Of a DNA stretch of 64,000 nucleotides, positions 38,390 through 47,484 are shown piece by piece. Under the pieces are notes generated by a model. That model did not search any database and was not told where the DNA came from. It saw only the letters and a program-made list of their open reading frames with translations. The first letter of the stretch is position 1, and each line of letters starts with the position of its first letter. The DNA is taken from NCBI GenBank assembly GCA_965222115.1, contig CBDCTJ010000007.1, forward strand, positions 1,760,001-1,824,000. Direction: 5' to 3'. A program made the translations under genes and the position numbers. Source of the stretch: Planctomycetota bacterium. GTDB lineage: Bacteria; Planctomycetota; PLA2; JAEUHO01.

Positions 38390-39403
38390 TCAAGCGAGCG
38401 TGCCGCCGCATGACGAGCCAGATCCGGCCGTACAGCCGAAGCAGTGAGGCGCCGTGGCGATGCTACGTTTCAAAAACTCGGCGGGTTCGAAGTCACGGAT
38501 GTGGGCCACGTCGCCACGCACTCTCATGCCCAGAGCAAAGTTGAAGTCGCAATCGTGTAACGTTCCGTCCCACCCAACATGGACTTGATGGCGACACATC
38601 AGTCCGTCAACGGTTGACGGATTGAACGACGTGCGCAACAAGGTGTCGTAGGCAGCGTACCGATCTGCTTTTTGAAGATCATTCTTGAAACGGCCAATAG
38701 GCATATTGGTAATGGCAAGGAGTTGATTGAACCGAATACCAAAGCGCTCGTCGAGTTCGCGGCGATAGTCGCGTTCGAGGGCCGCCTGGTCGGGCGGTAA
38801 CGATGGGCCACCTGGGTTGTAGATCAGGTCAAGTTGAAGGTCTTGCTCTTGCGTGTCTGCGCCATAGCCGAGTGCGTTGAGACGGCGAATGGCCTCAATG
38901 CTCTCGCCATAGACGTGGCGACCGCGTTGTTTGGTGACGTTCTCTTCGAGATAGCACGGAAGCGACGCCATGACATGCAGCCCAAGCTTTGCGAAAAGCT
39001 CAGGCATGGTGTCGTACCGTGGGTGAAGAAGAATGGTGAGGTTGGAACGCACAATAACGCGCAATCCCAATGTGCGCGCCTCGGTAACAAATGCGGCAAA
39101 GTGCGGATGCATCTCCGGGGCGCCGCCCGTTACGTCGAGCGTGGACGCACCGCAACGAACCGCGGCCTTCAACACGTGGTCCATGGTCTTCTTCGTCATC
39201 TCCTCGGTTCGTGACGGGGATGATTCCACGTGGCAGTGGTGGCATGCAAGATTGCAGACCAAACCAATGTTGACCTGAACTGTATCCACCGCATGCGCAG
39301 TCAGGGGCGCACCGGTCTCGACGGCGACGCGCGTTGCGAAAGACGTCGCGGCAGCAGGCGCTCCGGCATGATGGTGGTGAGACTGTTCTTGCGGCGTGTT
39401 CAT
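38390..39403 (-). CDS. arsS: Arsenosugar biosynthesis radical SAM protein
   Basis: 'QVNIGLVCNLACHHCH', 'DVTGGAPEMHP', 'SLPCYL', 'LMCR', 'DCDFN', 'HCFGCTAGSGSSCGG'. Confidence 0.9.
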   Translation of the reverse strand: MNTPQEQSHHHHAGAPAAATSFATRVAVETGAPLTAHAVDTVQVNIGLVCNLACHHCHVESSPSRTEEMTKKTMDHVLKAAVRCGASTLDVTGGAPEMHPHFAAFVTEARTLGLRVIVRSNLTILLHPRYDTMPELFAKLGLHVMASLPCYLEENVTKQRGRHVYGESIEAIRRLNALGYGADTQEQDLQLDLIYNPGGPSLPPDQAALERDYRRELDERFGIRFNQLLAITNMPIGRFKNDLQKADRYAAYDTLLRTSFNPSTVDGLMCRHQVHVGWDGTLHDCDFNFALGMRVRGDVAHIRDFEPAEFLKRSIATAPHCFGCTAGSGSSCGGTLA

Positions 39404-39530
39404 GCAGTGGCTCTCCCTGGCCGCGAGGTTGACCGCTAGGCTACGCGGCACGTTGAGGGTCGTGGACGAGTCGTTCGCCTGGATTTCACGAGTAGTCGAT
39501 TCCACAAGTTACCGAATAAAAATTCCGATA

Positions 39531-39607
39531 TGGCACCCCCGGCAGGACTCGAACCTGCGACCGCGGGATTAGAAATCCCGTGCTCTATCCAGCTGAGCTA
39601 CAGGGGC
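39531..39607 (-). tRNA. tRNA-Arg(TCT)
   Basis: Reverse complement GCCCCTG...GGGGGTG-CCA; anticodon arm CGGGA-TTTCTAA-TCCCG. Confidence 0.95.
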
Positions 39608-39627
39608 ATGTGTAGCAATCGGGGAGG

Positions 39628-40767
39628 TTATTCGATCCGCATGACGATATGCAAGCCTTGACGGCTACGCACGATCTTAGGGCAAATGGTCCCAGGTTTG
39701 GTAATGATCAATGCGTCCGCGATTTCGTCCATTCCCTGACCGTGAGATACGACGCCGATGGTTCCACGGTCGCCGGACGTCATGGCATCGTCGCTGTGAT
39801 CGATGACCGCTTTGTCCCAATAACTTGGGTCAGCCTGCAACTTGGCCAACAACTCGTTCGCCAGTTTTTCCGCATCTTGAGGTCTGCGCTGAATGCGAAT
39901 ATTGGCGCGCGCGTCTTGAACTAAAATATGACGCGTAAAGGCGCGTACCAATTCGCCGCGTACAAGCACCGCGATGCCGCGCGGCGAGTCATGGGGTTTA
40001 GCGAATTGCTTGGGGCGAAGGTTGTAGAGCGCTTGGAAGAATGGATCATTCTCTTCGGCGGGAGAGATGAGGCCCAAGTACTCATTGGGGTGAGCACGTG
40101 AACCGGGACTGAAACGTTCCCGTGCCTGTTTGAGCGTGAGCTTGCCTTCGCTCAGTAACTGGATCGCTTCGCGCGCCCGCTTAAAGGCCTCGTCGCGCGT
40201 CAATGTGGAATTGGTTGGTTCTACGCCCGGTGCGGGCTCGCGCTTGTAAGGAATGTGAAAGCCGTATACGGGAATGCGAAATCGCTTCTCAAGTTCGACT
40301 GCTTCTTTGAACGGATGCCGGTAGATGACGTGCCAACCGCTTCGTGTACGAATAGGCGGACTCAACATGCCCGGCATCAAACACTGCGTCGCCCCGTGCC
40401 ACGCTGTGTTGAGGTCGATTGGAGGAAACCCCTGAAACCCGTCACTAAATCGATTGCTGGATTCACTTCGCGTTCTGGCCATTGCGGCGAAATCGGCGCC
40501 CTTGCGGAGTTCATGGAAGGCCTTCCACGCGTTCTTTCGTGCCAAGCGGTCGGGTTGGTCACGTGGGACGGCGAATATGATCTCAGAGATGCCGAATACG
40601 TGATGATCGACCTCGCGCAGTTCTCCGGCAGGCGTCTGCACGATGAGTCGCGAGGACTCGCCGTCACCGGAACACGCGGAAAGACACCACGCGAACAGTA
40701 CCAGCCACGCGGCCATTCCCACGCGTCCTTGGATGCACAGACGCCGCAACGCGTTTGCCTCGGTCAT
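39628..40767 (-). CDS. Parvulin-type peptidyl-prolyl isomerase lipoprotein with multiple rotamase domains
   Basis: Lipobox 'LSAC'; 'GADFAAMAR..S', 'PIRTRSGWHVI', 'RHILV', 'HSDD', 'GLHIV'. Confidence 0.85.
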   Translation of the reverse strand: MTEANALRRLCIQGRVGMAAWLVLFAWCLSACSGDGESSRLIVQTPAGELREVDHHVFGISEIIFAVPRDQPDRLARKNAWKAFHELRKGADFAAMARTRSESSNRFSDGFQGFPPIDLNTAWHGATQCLMPGMLSPPIRTRSGWHVIYRHPFKEAVELEKRFRIPVYGFHIPYKREPAPGVEPTNSTLTRDEAFKRAREAIQLLSEGKLTLKQARERFSPGSRAHPNEYLGLISPAEENDPFFQALYNLRPKQFAKPHDSPRGIAVLVRGELVRAFTRHILVQDARANIRIQRRPQDAEKLANELLAKLQADPSYWDKAVIDHSDDAMTSGDRGTIGVVSHGQGMDEIADALIITKPGTICPKIVRSRQGLHIVMRIE

Positions 40768-40822
40768 CGGTTCCAACTCCAATCAAACGCGGGCGAGGGC
40801 CCGCCCGTGGTTCGATGCATAC

Positions 40823-41944
40823 CTATCGCAGTTGAATCTGATTGGCTCGTTCGATCACAAGCTGCTGGCGTCCCTTAAACAACGAGATCACGCCCGTGGC
40901 GCGAATGGGCCATGATTCCAGCTCCACACGACGAATCTGCTCCAGAAGCTCGGGACGTTTGAGGACAAGCGGAAACGAGCGCCGTTTTTCGTGGCCCAAA
41001 AAGATCAGCGTGCGCCCATTGCGCTTGGACACATGAATATTCGCCAAGTAGCCGCGCACGGTGGCCCTCTTTCCTACGAGCCCCGCAAGTTTCTCATTGG
41101 CTGATGCCGTTCCCAACGTAACGCGGTCCGGCGCGCCTTGTTGCGCCTCCCAAAGTTGACCCAGCCGCGCTCGCTTTGACCACCACGCGAGCCGCTCTTC
41201 GTAGTCGGGATAGTGTTCGGGTCCCGAAACGGACCAGATGCCGCGCTTGGCGGTACGCGCTTCGCGCTCCGCCGCGGAAAAGCGAGCATCGAATCGTTTG
41301 GAGCGTCCGTACTTGATGAAGTAGGGCGAGTGTCCCGCACGAATCAGGGCCTCGGCTAGTAGGAGGTCACCGTCAGGCCGCAGTAGGAATACGTGTCCGA
41401 GCCTGCGACCATAGGTGTCAAAGTCGCGCGACTCCGGCGTGTCTCGCTCCAATCGAATGTGTGTAATGGATTTGAGTAGCTCACGAACGAACGTGGCAGC
41501 CGCTTCGCCGGCGGGTGTGCCGAACTTTACCGGGTAGGGGTGCCCCGCGCGCATTTCCTTGGCGTAGGCGACAAAGCTCCTTGCGGCGGCGGCCCGATGA
41601 AACGGCTCTTTGAACGTCTCTTCGGTGTCCACACCAAGCACGCGGACGGACGGCTCGCCCTTCAGCCGAATCGTGTCGCCGTCCACCCCTGCATCACGCC
41701 CCAACGCGAAGCGACCAATCGTGAGCTTGCTGCCGGCCGTTGCCTTAGGGGCGCCCGGCTCCTTCTTGACCGCCACATCCGGCGGCGAGGCTACGGCAGG
41801 TCCTTCCTCGGTCCACCCAATCGGGGCGAACGCCATGAGAAGCAGGATGGCAATGCCCCATACGGGTTTCGAGACCGCAGGCGGTCGTGAGGGCATCGAT
41901 GGCGTGAAATGAGTGAAGATGCGCGGTCGGTTCATTGCGCGCAT
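40823..41944 (-). CDS. Thermonuclease (SNase) family protein with C-terminal OB-like domain
   Basis: 'VDGDTI', 'VRVLGVDTEE', 'DTYGRRL', 'AKRGIW'. Confidence 0.88.
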   Translation of the reverse strand: MRAMNRPRIFTHFTPSMPSRPPAVSKPVWGIAILLLMAFAPIGWTEEGPAVASPPDVAVKKEPGAPKATAGSKLTIGRFALGRDAGVDGDTIRLKGEPSVRVLGVDTEETFKEPFHRAAAARSFVAYAKEMRAGHPYPVKFGTPAGEAAATFVRELLKSITHIRLERDTPESRDFDTYGRRLGHVFLLRPDGDLLLAEALIRAGHSPYFIKYGRSKRFDARFSAAEREARTAKRGIWSVSGPEHYPDYEERLAWWSKRARLGQLWEAQQGAPDRVTLGTASANEKLAGLVGKRATVRGYLANIHVSKRNGRTLIFLGHEKRRSFPLVLKRPELLEQIRRVELESWPIRATGVISLFKGRQQLVIERANQIQLR

Positions 41945-42041
41945 GGTACTCGAAGCGAACTAGCCCGCATCGGCCGTGTGTCTCGACCTCAATTCGGCGA
42001 CGACGGTGAATCCCCAGGGCCGTTCCGGGTACGATGATGCG

Positions 42042-43889
42042 ATGCGCCTCAGGCTCCTCCCTCGAACCGTGCGACGCCTATCGTGGTCTGGGACACGCTG
42101 GCAAGGCCTTGCGCTCTGCGTGGCGGCGGTAGGACTTACATCGGCGATCGCCTGGGCACGTGTTGACGTCGAGGCGCGATCGGCGTCCGAGATCTACGAA
42201 CGCAAGGGCACAATTGCTGCATGCGTCACCTACGTGGCCGAGGAACTCAAGGCCCGCGTACAAAACACGGGTGGGAAGGCGCAATCCGAGCTGCTTCTGA
42301 TCGTGGACCCGGCCGCCTCCCTCTCAGACGACATTGCGGCGATGGCCGCGTCGCTACAGGAGGTGTGGCGCGTGGGCCCGCCCTCGCTACGCATAGGGGT
42401 TTACGGCGTAGGCAACGATACGTGGTCGGCTCCCACGCGCGTGCCGCCAACCGTGAAGAGCGCTCTTGAGGAAGCGCGCTTCATGAATGTGGAGGGCATC
42501 AAGAATCTCCACGCGGCCATCCGCGATGCCGTGGAGCAACTCGGGGAGCCGCGTGACGACATCATTCGCAGCCTCCTGGTGATCTCGGATCGCAGCGCGG
42601 AGTGCGAGGACAATGTTGAGGAGACGCGCGAAGCCTTGTTGGACGCGGGCGTCAGCTTCTATTGCATCGCGCCCGAGTCTGGGTTCGAGCGTACGTGGGT
42701 GCAGGCGTTCAAAGCACGCGGCGACTCGAAACAGGGCGTTACGGAGCGATTCAATCCCATGCCCAAAAAGGCTGAGGACGGCGCGCTCTTCTACGGGAGC
42801 GAGGTCGCATTTGGTCTGGTGCCCTACCGCTGGGAATTCCGATTCGCGCAGACCGACTTTGTGTGGGTACGTCCACCTGCCTATCCCGTTCCCTCCGGCT
42901 TTGGGTATTGGAGTCTGGCCACGCTTTGTCATGCCACCGGCGGACGTTATTTCATCTATGACTTTGGCATCCCCGCCGCGAGCAAGGCGCGCACCGACAA
43001 GAAAAAGAAGCGCAAGGAACTCTACAACTATGCGCGGCTGTCCCTGTTGACGCCCGACCTTCGGGCTCGTCGTCAAGTGCTCAAGTCACTCAGCAAGGAC
43101 TGGCGGGCCACATCGATCGTTCGCATTTGGGAACGCCTTGCCAACGAGTCGGTGCCTATTCTTCAAGAGCGCGGCACGTTGGAAGCGCGTGGTTCCACGC
43201 TTGTACCTCGACCTGCCCGCGCCGTAAGGGCGTCCGCGACGCCGGTCACCTGGTACACCGACATGAAGGATGTGCGGGCCGCCATGAAGCTTGCTCGCGA
43301 ACGGATCACCGCCCTAGAGAACGTGTTGAAGTCGTGGCGCACTGCCAATGCCAAAGAGCGCCCTGCCGCAAACCGAAGAGATGGCTTCTCGGAGCGACTT
43401 GAAGCTGATTTCCAGTTGCTGGGCGTGCAGTTGCGCAAGCTCCGCTTTCACTGGGGCGAAGTCATGGCGGCGCTCAAGAGCATTCGCAGTTTGGATGTGA
43501 GCTATCGCCGCGTTCGTCTACTGCCCAAGGTGCTTCTCGTGGGTGTGGGACCTCCTGCATTGAAAATTGATCTGGAGGACAAGGAGCGCAATGCCCGCTT
43601 CGCTGAGCTCTGCCTGAGTATGCAGAAAATGAGCGACCAGTTCGAAGGCACGCCGTGGTCGCTTGTGCTTAACAAAGGAAGCACGCTGTCGTTTATCAAA
43701 GACGTTCATGTGATCGAAGACGAAGCGCGAAACAAGTCATCACGCACGCGGTCCGAAAAGGACGGTTCCGGCAACGGCAAGAAGAAGAAAGATAAGAACA
43801 AGAAGAAGAAAAAGAAGAGGCCATCAGCACCTCCGCCACCAGGACCTCGTCCCGGCAGTGGGTCCGGTGGCCCCACGAGCGGCGGCTAA
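42042..43889 (+). CDS. Exported vWA-like domain protein with Lys/Pro-rich tail
   Basis: 'LLLIVDPAASL', 'LLVISD', 'SGFGYWSLATLCHATGGRYF'; poly-K tail. Confidence 0.8.
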   Translation: MRLRLLPRTVRRLSWSGTRWQGLALCVAAVGLTSAIAWARVDVEARSASEIYERKGTIAACVTYVAEELKARVQNTGGKAQSELLLIVDPAASLSDDIAAMAASLQEVWRVGPPSLRIGVYGVGNDTWSAPTRVPPTVKSALEEARFMNVEGIKNLHAAIRDAVEQLGEPRDDIIRSLLVISDRSAECEDNVEETREALLDAGVSFYCIAPESGFERTWVQAFKARGDSKQGVTERFNPMPKKAEDGALFYGSEVAFGLVPYRWEFRFAQTDFVWVRPPAYPVPSGFGYWSLATLCHATGGRYFIYDFGIPAASKARTDKKKKRKELYNYARLSLLTPDLRARRQVLKSLSKDWRATSIVRIWERLANESVPILQERGTLEARGSTLVPRPARAVRASATPVTWYTDMKDVRAAMKLARERITALENVLKSWRTANAKERPAANRRDGFSERLEADFQLLGVQLRKLRFHWGEVMAALKSIRSLDVSYRRVRLLPKVLLVGVGPPALKIDLEDKERNARFAELCLSMQKMSDQFEGTPWSLVLNKGSTLSFIKDVHVIEDEARNKSSRTRSEKDGSGNGKKKKDKNKKKKKKRPSAPPPPGPRPGSGSGGPTSGG

Positions 43890-44013
43890 CCCGATCTAGG
43901 TGTTCGTGCTTGTTTACATTCGCTGGCGTTTACATTCGCTGACAATTGAGCGGGGGCGCGTGAATCGAATCGCCGTCCCCTCCCCCATCTGAGTACTCGC
44001 CGATCCGCAAATG

Positions 44014-44047
44014 AAAAGAGCGCACACCACCTGGCGCGCGCTCTCTT
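44014..44047. terminator. Probable bidirectional intrinsic terminator
   Basis: AAAAGAGCGC...GCGCTCTCTT hairpin between convergent genes. Confidence 0.55.
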
Positions 44048-44126
44048 GCAGTCGTTGCATTACGTCCCGAGCGACCCCAGTCGCTCGACAGCAACGCGTG
44101 TGGCCGATTCGAATACCGGCTTGACG

Positions 44127-44576
44127 TTACTTGAGATCGCCTTCAACGCCGTTGGTGGCGGGCTGCGTCTCGGGCACGGCTTCCTCAGCGGGGGGCGCGC
44201 CTTCGGGCATAGGCATTTCCGTGACGGCGCCATCACCCGTGTAAGGAACGATCACGCCGGGATCGGCGTAGGGCATGGACATGCCGGGGTCCATGTAGCC
44301 GCCGCAAGGTGGGGGTGCGCAGGGCGACACCATCGGCATGGGAGCGGGTGCGCACGGTGAGACCATGGGCGCAGGTGCACATGGCGCTACGACGGGCGCA
44401 GGCTCACATGTGACGCACGGTGCAGGTGCTGGTGCCGGGGTGGGTGCAGGCGCAGGGCAGCACTTGGGTTGGCAAGGCTTGCAGGACGGACAACCAAATC
44501 CGCCTTTGCATCCGGCGAGCAGGGAAAGACCAATAACGGCAGCCCCGATCACCAGCATGGATCGAAATGTGTTCAT
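44127..44576 (-). CDS. Cys/Pro-rich lipoprotein 1 (149 aa)
   Basis: Lipobox LAG-C; 'CPSCKPCQPKCCPAPAP', 'SPCAPAPM' repeats; RBS GAGGGAG. Confidence 0.85.
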   Translation of the reverse strand: MNTFRSMLVIGAAVIGLSLLAGCKGGFGCPSCKPCQPKCCPAPAPTPAPAPAPCVTCEPAPVVAPCAPAPMVSPCAPAPMPMVSPCAPPPCGGYMDPGMSMPYADPGVIVPYTGDGAVTEMPMPEGAPPAEEAVPETQPATNGVEGDLK

Positions 44577-44772
44577 GATGATTCTCCCTCGTCAGTCGTC
44601 TGCTCGACTGGTGACTAGCGGGCGCAGGAGCCGCCACCATCTGTGGCCAACGCTCCTCTGAAATGAATGGCCCCTCGTAAAGAGGATCCCGCCCGCTGAA
44701 ATGCTAATGACACGCCCCCGGCGCGCAAGTCGGTACGCAGCAACTCATGAACTTCTCCGCTGCGGTAGGCAC

Positions 44773-44807
44773 AAAAAAACGGACGGGAGCAAGAATGCTC
44801 CCGTCCG
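44773..44807 (-). terminator. Intrinsic terminator of lipoprotein 2
   Basis: CGGACGGGAGC/GCTCCCGTCCG stem followed by T7 on the minus strand. Confidence 0.85.
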
Positions 44808-44912
44808 AGTTTGGTCAGCAGAAACGCAGAACGTAGTGGTCGCCCTCCCATGATTCGGGTAGGCGGGGTACGACGGTCTGCGGCTTTACTTTACGACTTC
44901 AAGCTGATTTGC

Positions 44913-45299
44913 TTAGCCGCAGGCCTTGCCACCAGCGCCGCACGCCATGGCGGGTGCGGGGGAGCTCATGGGGGCGCCCATTGCGGGGGCACCCATCATC
45001 GGTGCGGGTGAGGAGTAGACGGGGCCACTCGAGTACGTGGGTGCGGGCATAGCCGAACCAGCGTAGGGATCGCAGGGCGAAACAGGTGCACAGGGCGAAA
45101 CGACCGGTGCCGGTGCTGTCACGACCGGAGCGGGCGCGGGTGCGGGCGCCGGTGCGGCGGGCTTGCAGCAGGAGTCGCAAGAGTCGCAACAGCTATTGCA
45201 GCCGAAGCCGGGGAGTCCAGGAAGAAGACCACAGCCCGTCATGAAGCTGCAGCCTGCGACGATGACGGCAAAGGTCATCAATGTACGAAGCTTGGTCAT
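44913..45299 (-). CDS. Cys/Pro-rich lipoprotein 2 (128 aa)
   Basis: Lipobox MTG-C; 'CGLLPGLPGFGCNSCCDSCDSCCKP', PAPAP repeats, ends 'CGAGGKACG'. Confidence 0.85.
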   Translation of the reverse strand: MTKLRTLMTFAVIVAGCSFMTGCGLLPGLPGFGCNSCCDSCDSCCKPAAPAPAPAPAPVVTAPAPVVSPCAPVSPCDPYAGSAMPAPTYSSGPVYSSPAPMMGAPAMGAPMSSPAPAMACGAGGKACG

Positions 45300-45947
45300 T
45301 TTCTTTGCTTTCCGGCCTTCTGGTGCAACGGGCAATCAACGTGACAAACCGTGCGCGTGGCCTATTTGAAACTATCTGACTCTTTGAATGTTTGGTTTTG
45401 AACGTTTCGCGTTCCTAAACGCGGAACTTGACGACCGGTGGAAGATCGCCCCAATGACAAAGGGGCGCCATCTCGCGTCCGACACGTACCGCCCTAGCAT
45501 GGGCGCCGCTATCGACTGCCAGACTTGTTCCAACGATCACCTGGCTAGAACATTCGGCGGCGCATGGGCGATTCTGTACCGCCCTCCGGAAGTACACCCC
45601 GCACATCGCGCATACGCGGCATGGGGGGAGCTCACGGCCTCCGAACTCCTAGTCGCCCCAGATCTTAGCCGGCCCGCCCGAGCCGCAACGGAATTCTTGC
45701 CCAATTTGTGCTGTAGATCTCGAATTTGCTATGTCGGATTCCAATGCCGATTCTCTCGGAGACGCCTCACACATACTCCACACAAATCCATGACGAAATG
45801 AATCCTGCGAGATTCACAGTAACGTCGAACAAGCCCCAAAAATGAAGAACGACGGCCGAGCGCAATGGCCCAACCGTCGAACGAAAGAGAAACGCCGATT
45901 GTGGGGCGAAAGCCCCCGCACTGCGTCATCTTGTTGTTTGATTGCTT

Positions 45948-46112
45948 CTAGCAGCCGCAGGGGTTGCAGCAAGAAGTCGGAGCGGGGGCGCAGCAGGGAT
46001 CGCAGCTATTGCAGCAACCGCCACCAAGACCAGGCAACAAGCCACAGCCGCTCATCATGATTGCGCCCAACGAAAGAACGCTGAGCATTACGAAAGTACG
46101 TGCCTTACGCAT
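45948..46112 (-). CDS. Cys-rich lipopeptide 3 (54 aa, absent from the ORF track)
   Basis: MRKARTFVMLSVLSLGAIMMSG-CGLLPGLGGGCCNSCDPCCAPAPTSCCNPCGC*; RBS AAGGGAG; clear paralog of lipoprotein 2; downstream hairpin 45890-45927. Confidence 0.85.
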   Translation of the reverse strand: MRKARTFVMLSVLSLGAIMMSGCGLLPGLGGGCCNSCDPCCAPAPTSCCNPCGC

Positions 46113-46533
46113 AGTGTTTCCAATCTCCCTTGAGGACTGCTTTCAGGTGCGCACGCGTCCGGGGCACCCTTCGCGAAAACCGCCCTTCCCAATTGGGTGT
46201 TGTTTTTGATCCCAGCGAGAACTTCCCGCCGGGACGCGGAATATAGACGGCGTGTCCAAAATCGGCAACGACCGTCTGGCGTTTCCTATCGCCGAGGCTG
46301 ATGCCAGCCTTGACCGATATTCGCGCAAAGTGAGGCTCTTCCATGCCTCGCAATCCCTATGGAAGGGTTTGTTTGTACTGAATTCCGGCGACGTTAGGAG
46401 CGCGTATCGTACTCAGCCGGTTCTTGGCCCCGCAGAAAATCGGCCCGTTGTCTCTGAGGGTGCCAATGGAGAAGGCGGCGCAGAATGCCGCTAAGGCGAA
46501 TCGACTACTTACACCCGCTGCGCCCGTTTTGCT

Positions 46534-46662
46534 CTACTTGCATCCACATTTCGGTGCATCGCATGGGTCCTGGCAGAGGCAAGAACAGCCCGCTACGGTG
46601 CCGGCAAGGAATACGCAAGCGATCAGGGCAAGTGCAAACCGGCGAACGACGGTGAGTGACAT
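46534..46662 (-). CDS. Cys-rich lipopeptide 4 (42 aa, absent from the ORF track)
   Basis: MSLTVVRRFALALIACVFLAGTVAG-CSCLCQDPCDAPKCGCK*; RBS AGGAGG. Confidence 0.8.
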   Translation of the reverse strand: MSLTVVRRFALALIACVFLAGTVAGCSCLCQDPCDAPKCGCK

Positions 46663-46789
46663 GGGAACCCTCCTAGAGATTGGCGATGCAGGCCGAGTAT
46701 AGGGGGTTCGCCCTGAAGCCCGCGCTTGATTTGATTCAAATCACGTAAAGATCGTGCAGCGCTTGACGGTTTCTTGCTCGTCGAGGTGC

Positions 46790-46826
46790 AAAAAAGACGA
46801 GACACACCCCACAAGGGATGTGTCCC
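46790..46826 (-). terminator. Intrinsic terminator downstream of lipoprotein 5
   Basis: GACACACCCC/GGGATGTGTC hairpin with a T-run on the minus strand. Confidence 0.6.
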
Positions 46827-46948
46827 AAAGTGGTTGCTGCCGCGCGACTCGCACCTCAAGGGCGCTGATATGCCAAGGGCATCCGGATACGCCAAAGGCA
46901 TTAACGTCGCGCTAGCAGCCGAATTTAGCAGTTTGAGGCTGGTTTGCG

Positions 46949-47170
46949 TTACCCGCCGCAGCTACTGCCACAGCTTCCGCCACCGCAGCTCTTGCCGCTG
47001 TCGCTTCCACCGTTCCATCCGAGACCACCGCTTGCGCCACCGCAGCAGGGGCTCTCGTAGACGGCTGTGCAGCTCTTGTCACAGCAAGAGTTGCAGTTGT
47101 TGAAGAGGGAACAACCCCCCACGAAGCTGGCTGCGCCGAGCAGGGCCAGCACGAAAAATACCTTGCGCAT
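46949..47170 (-). CDS. Cys/Gly-rich lipoprotein 5 (73 aa)
   Basis: MRKVFFVLALLGAASFVGG-CSLFNNCNSCCDKSC...CGGGSCGSSCGG; RBS GGGAGG. Confidence 0.85.
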   Translation of the reverse strand: MRKVFFVLALLGAASFVGGCSLFNNCNSCCDKSCTAVYESPCCGGASGGLGWNGGSDSGKSCGGGSCGSSCGG

Positions 47171-47484
47171 TGAAAGCTTCCTCCCTGTGGGCGGAGACAG
47201 CGCTAGCGTCACCCTGCCCGGAAACGTTGAACTATTATTGCGAAGGAAATGTGAAGGGGCAAGGCCCCAGACACCCGCTTCGCGCAATCTAGATCAATTT
47301 CTAGACCTCGATTGCATCACGCCCTATCGACGCCCGGCGAGGAATCTAGAAGCTGCATTCCATTCGCGCCGAGTTTGTCATCGCTTTGTCACGCGAGCGC
47401 GATGGTCTTGCACCCCGGTCAAACTGTATGCATCTCCTGCCGTCCCGCACTATGGCGGCGCTGCGCAGCGCTTGGAGGATCCAC

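Noticed and set aside
45388-45801. 137-aa plus-strand ORF inside the lipoprotein array
   Set aside because: Atypical composition and no RBS; probably the upstream regulatory region of lipoprotein 2.
44127-47170. Cys-rich peptides as RiPP (ranthipeptide/lanthipeptide) precursors for the nearby radical SAM enzyme
   Set aside because: The radical SAM protein is ArsS-type with no RRE/SPASM signature and lies about 5 kb away. The peptides have lipoprotein signals rather than RiPP leaders.
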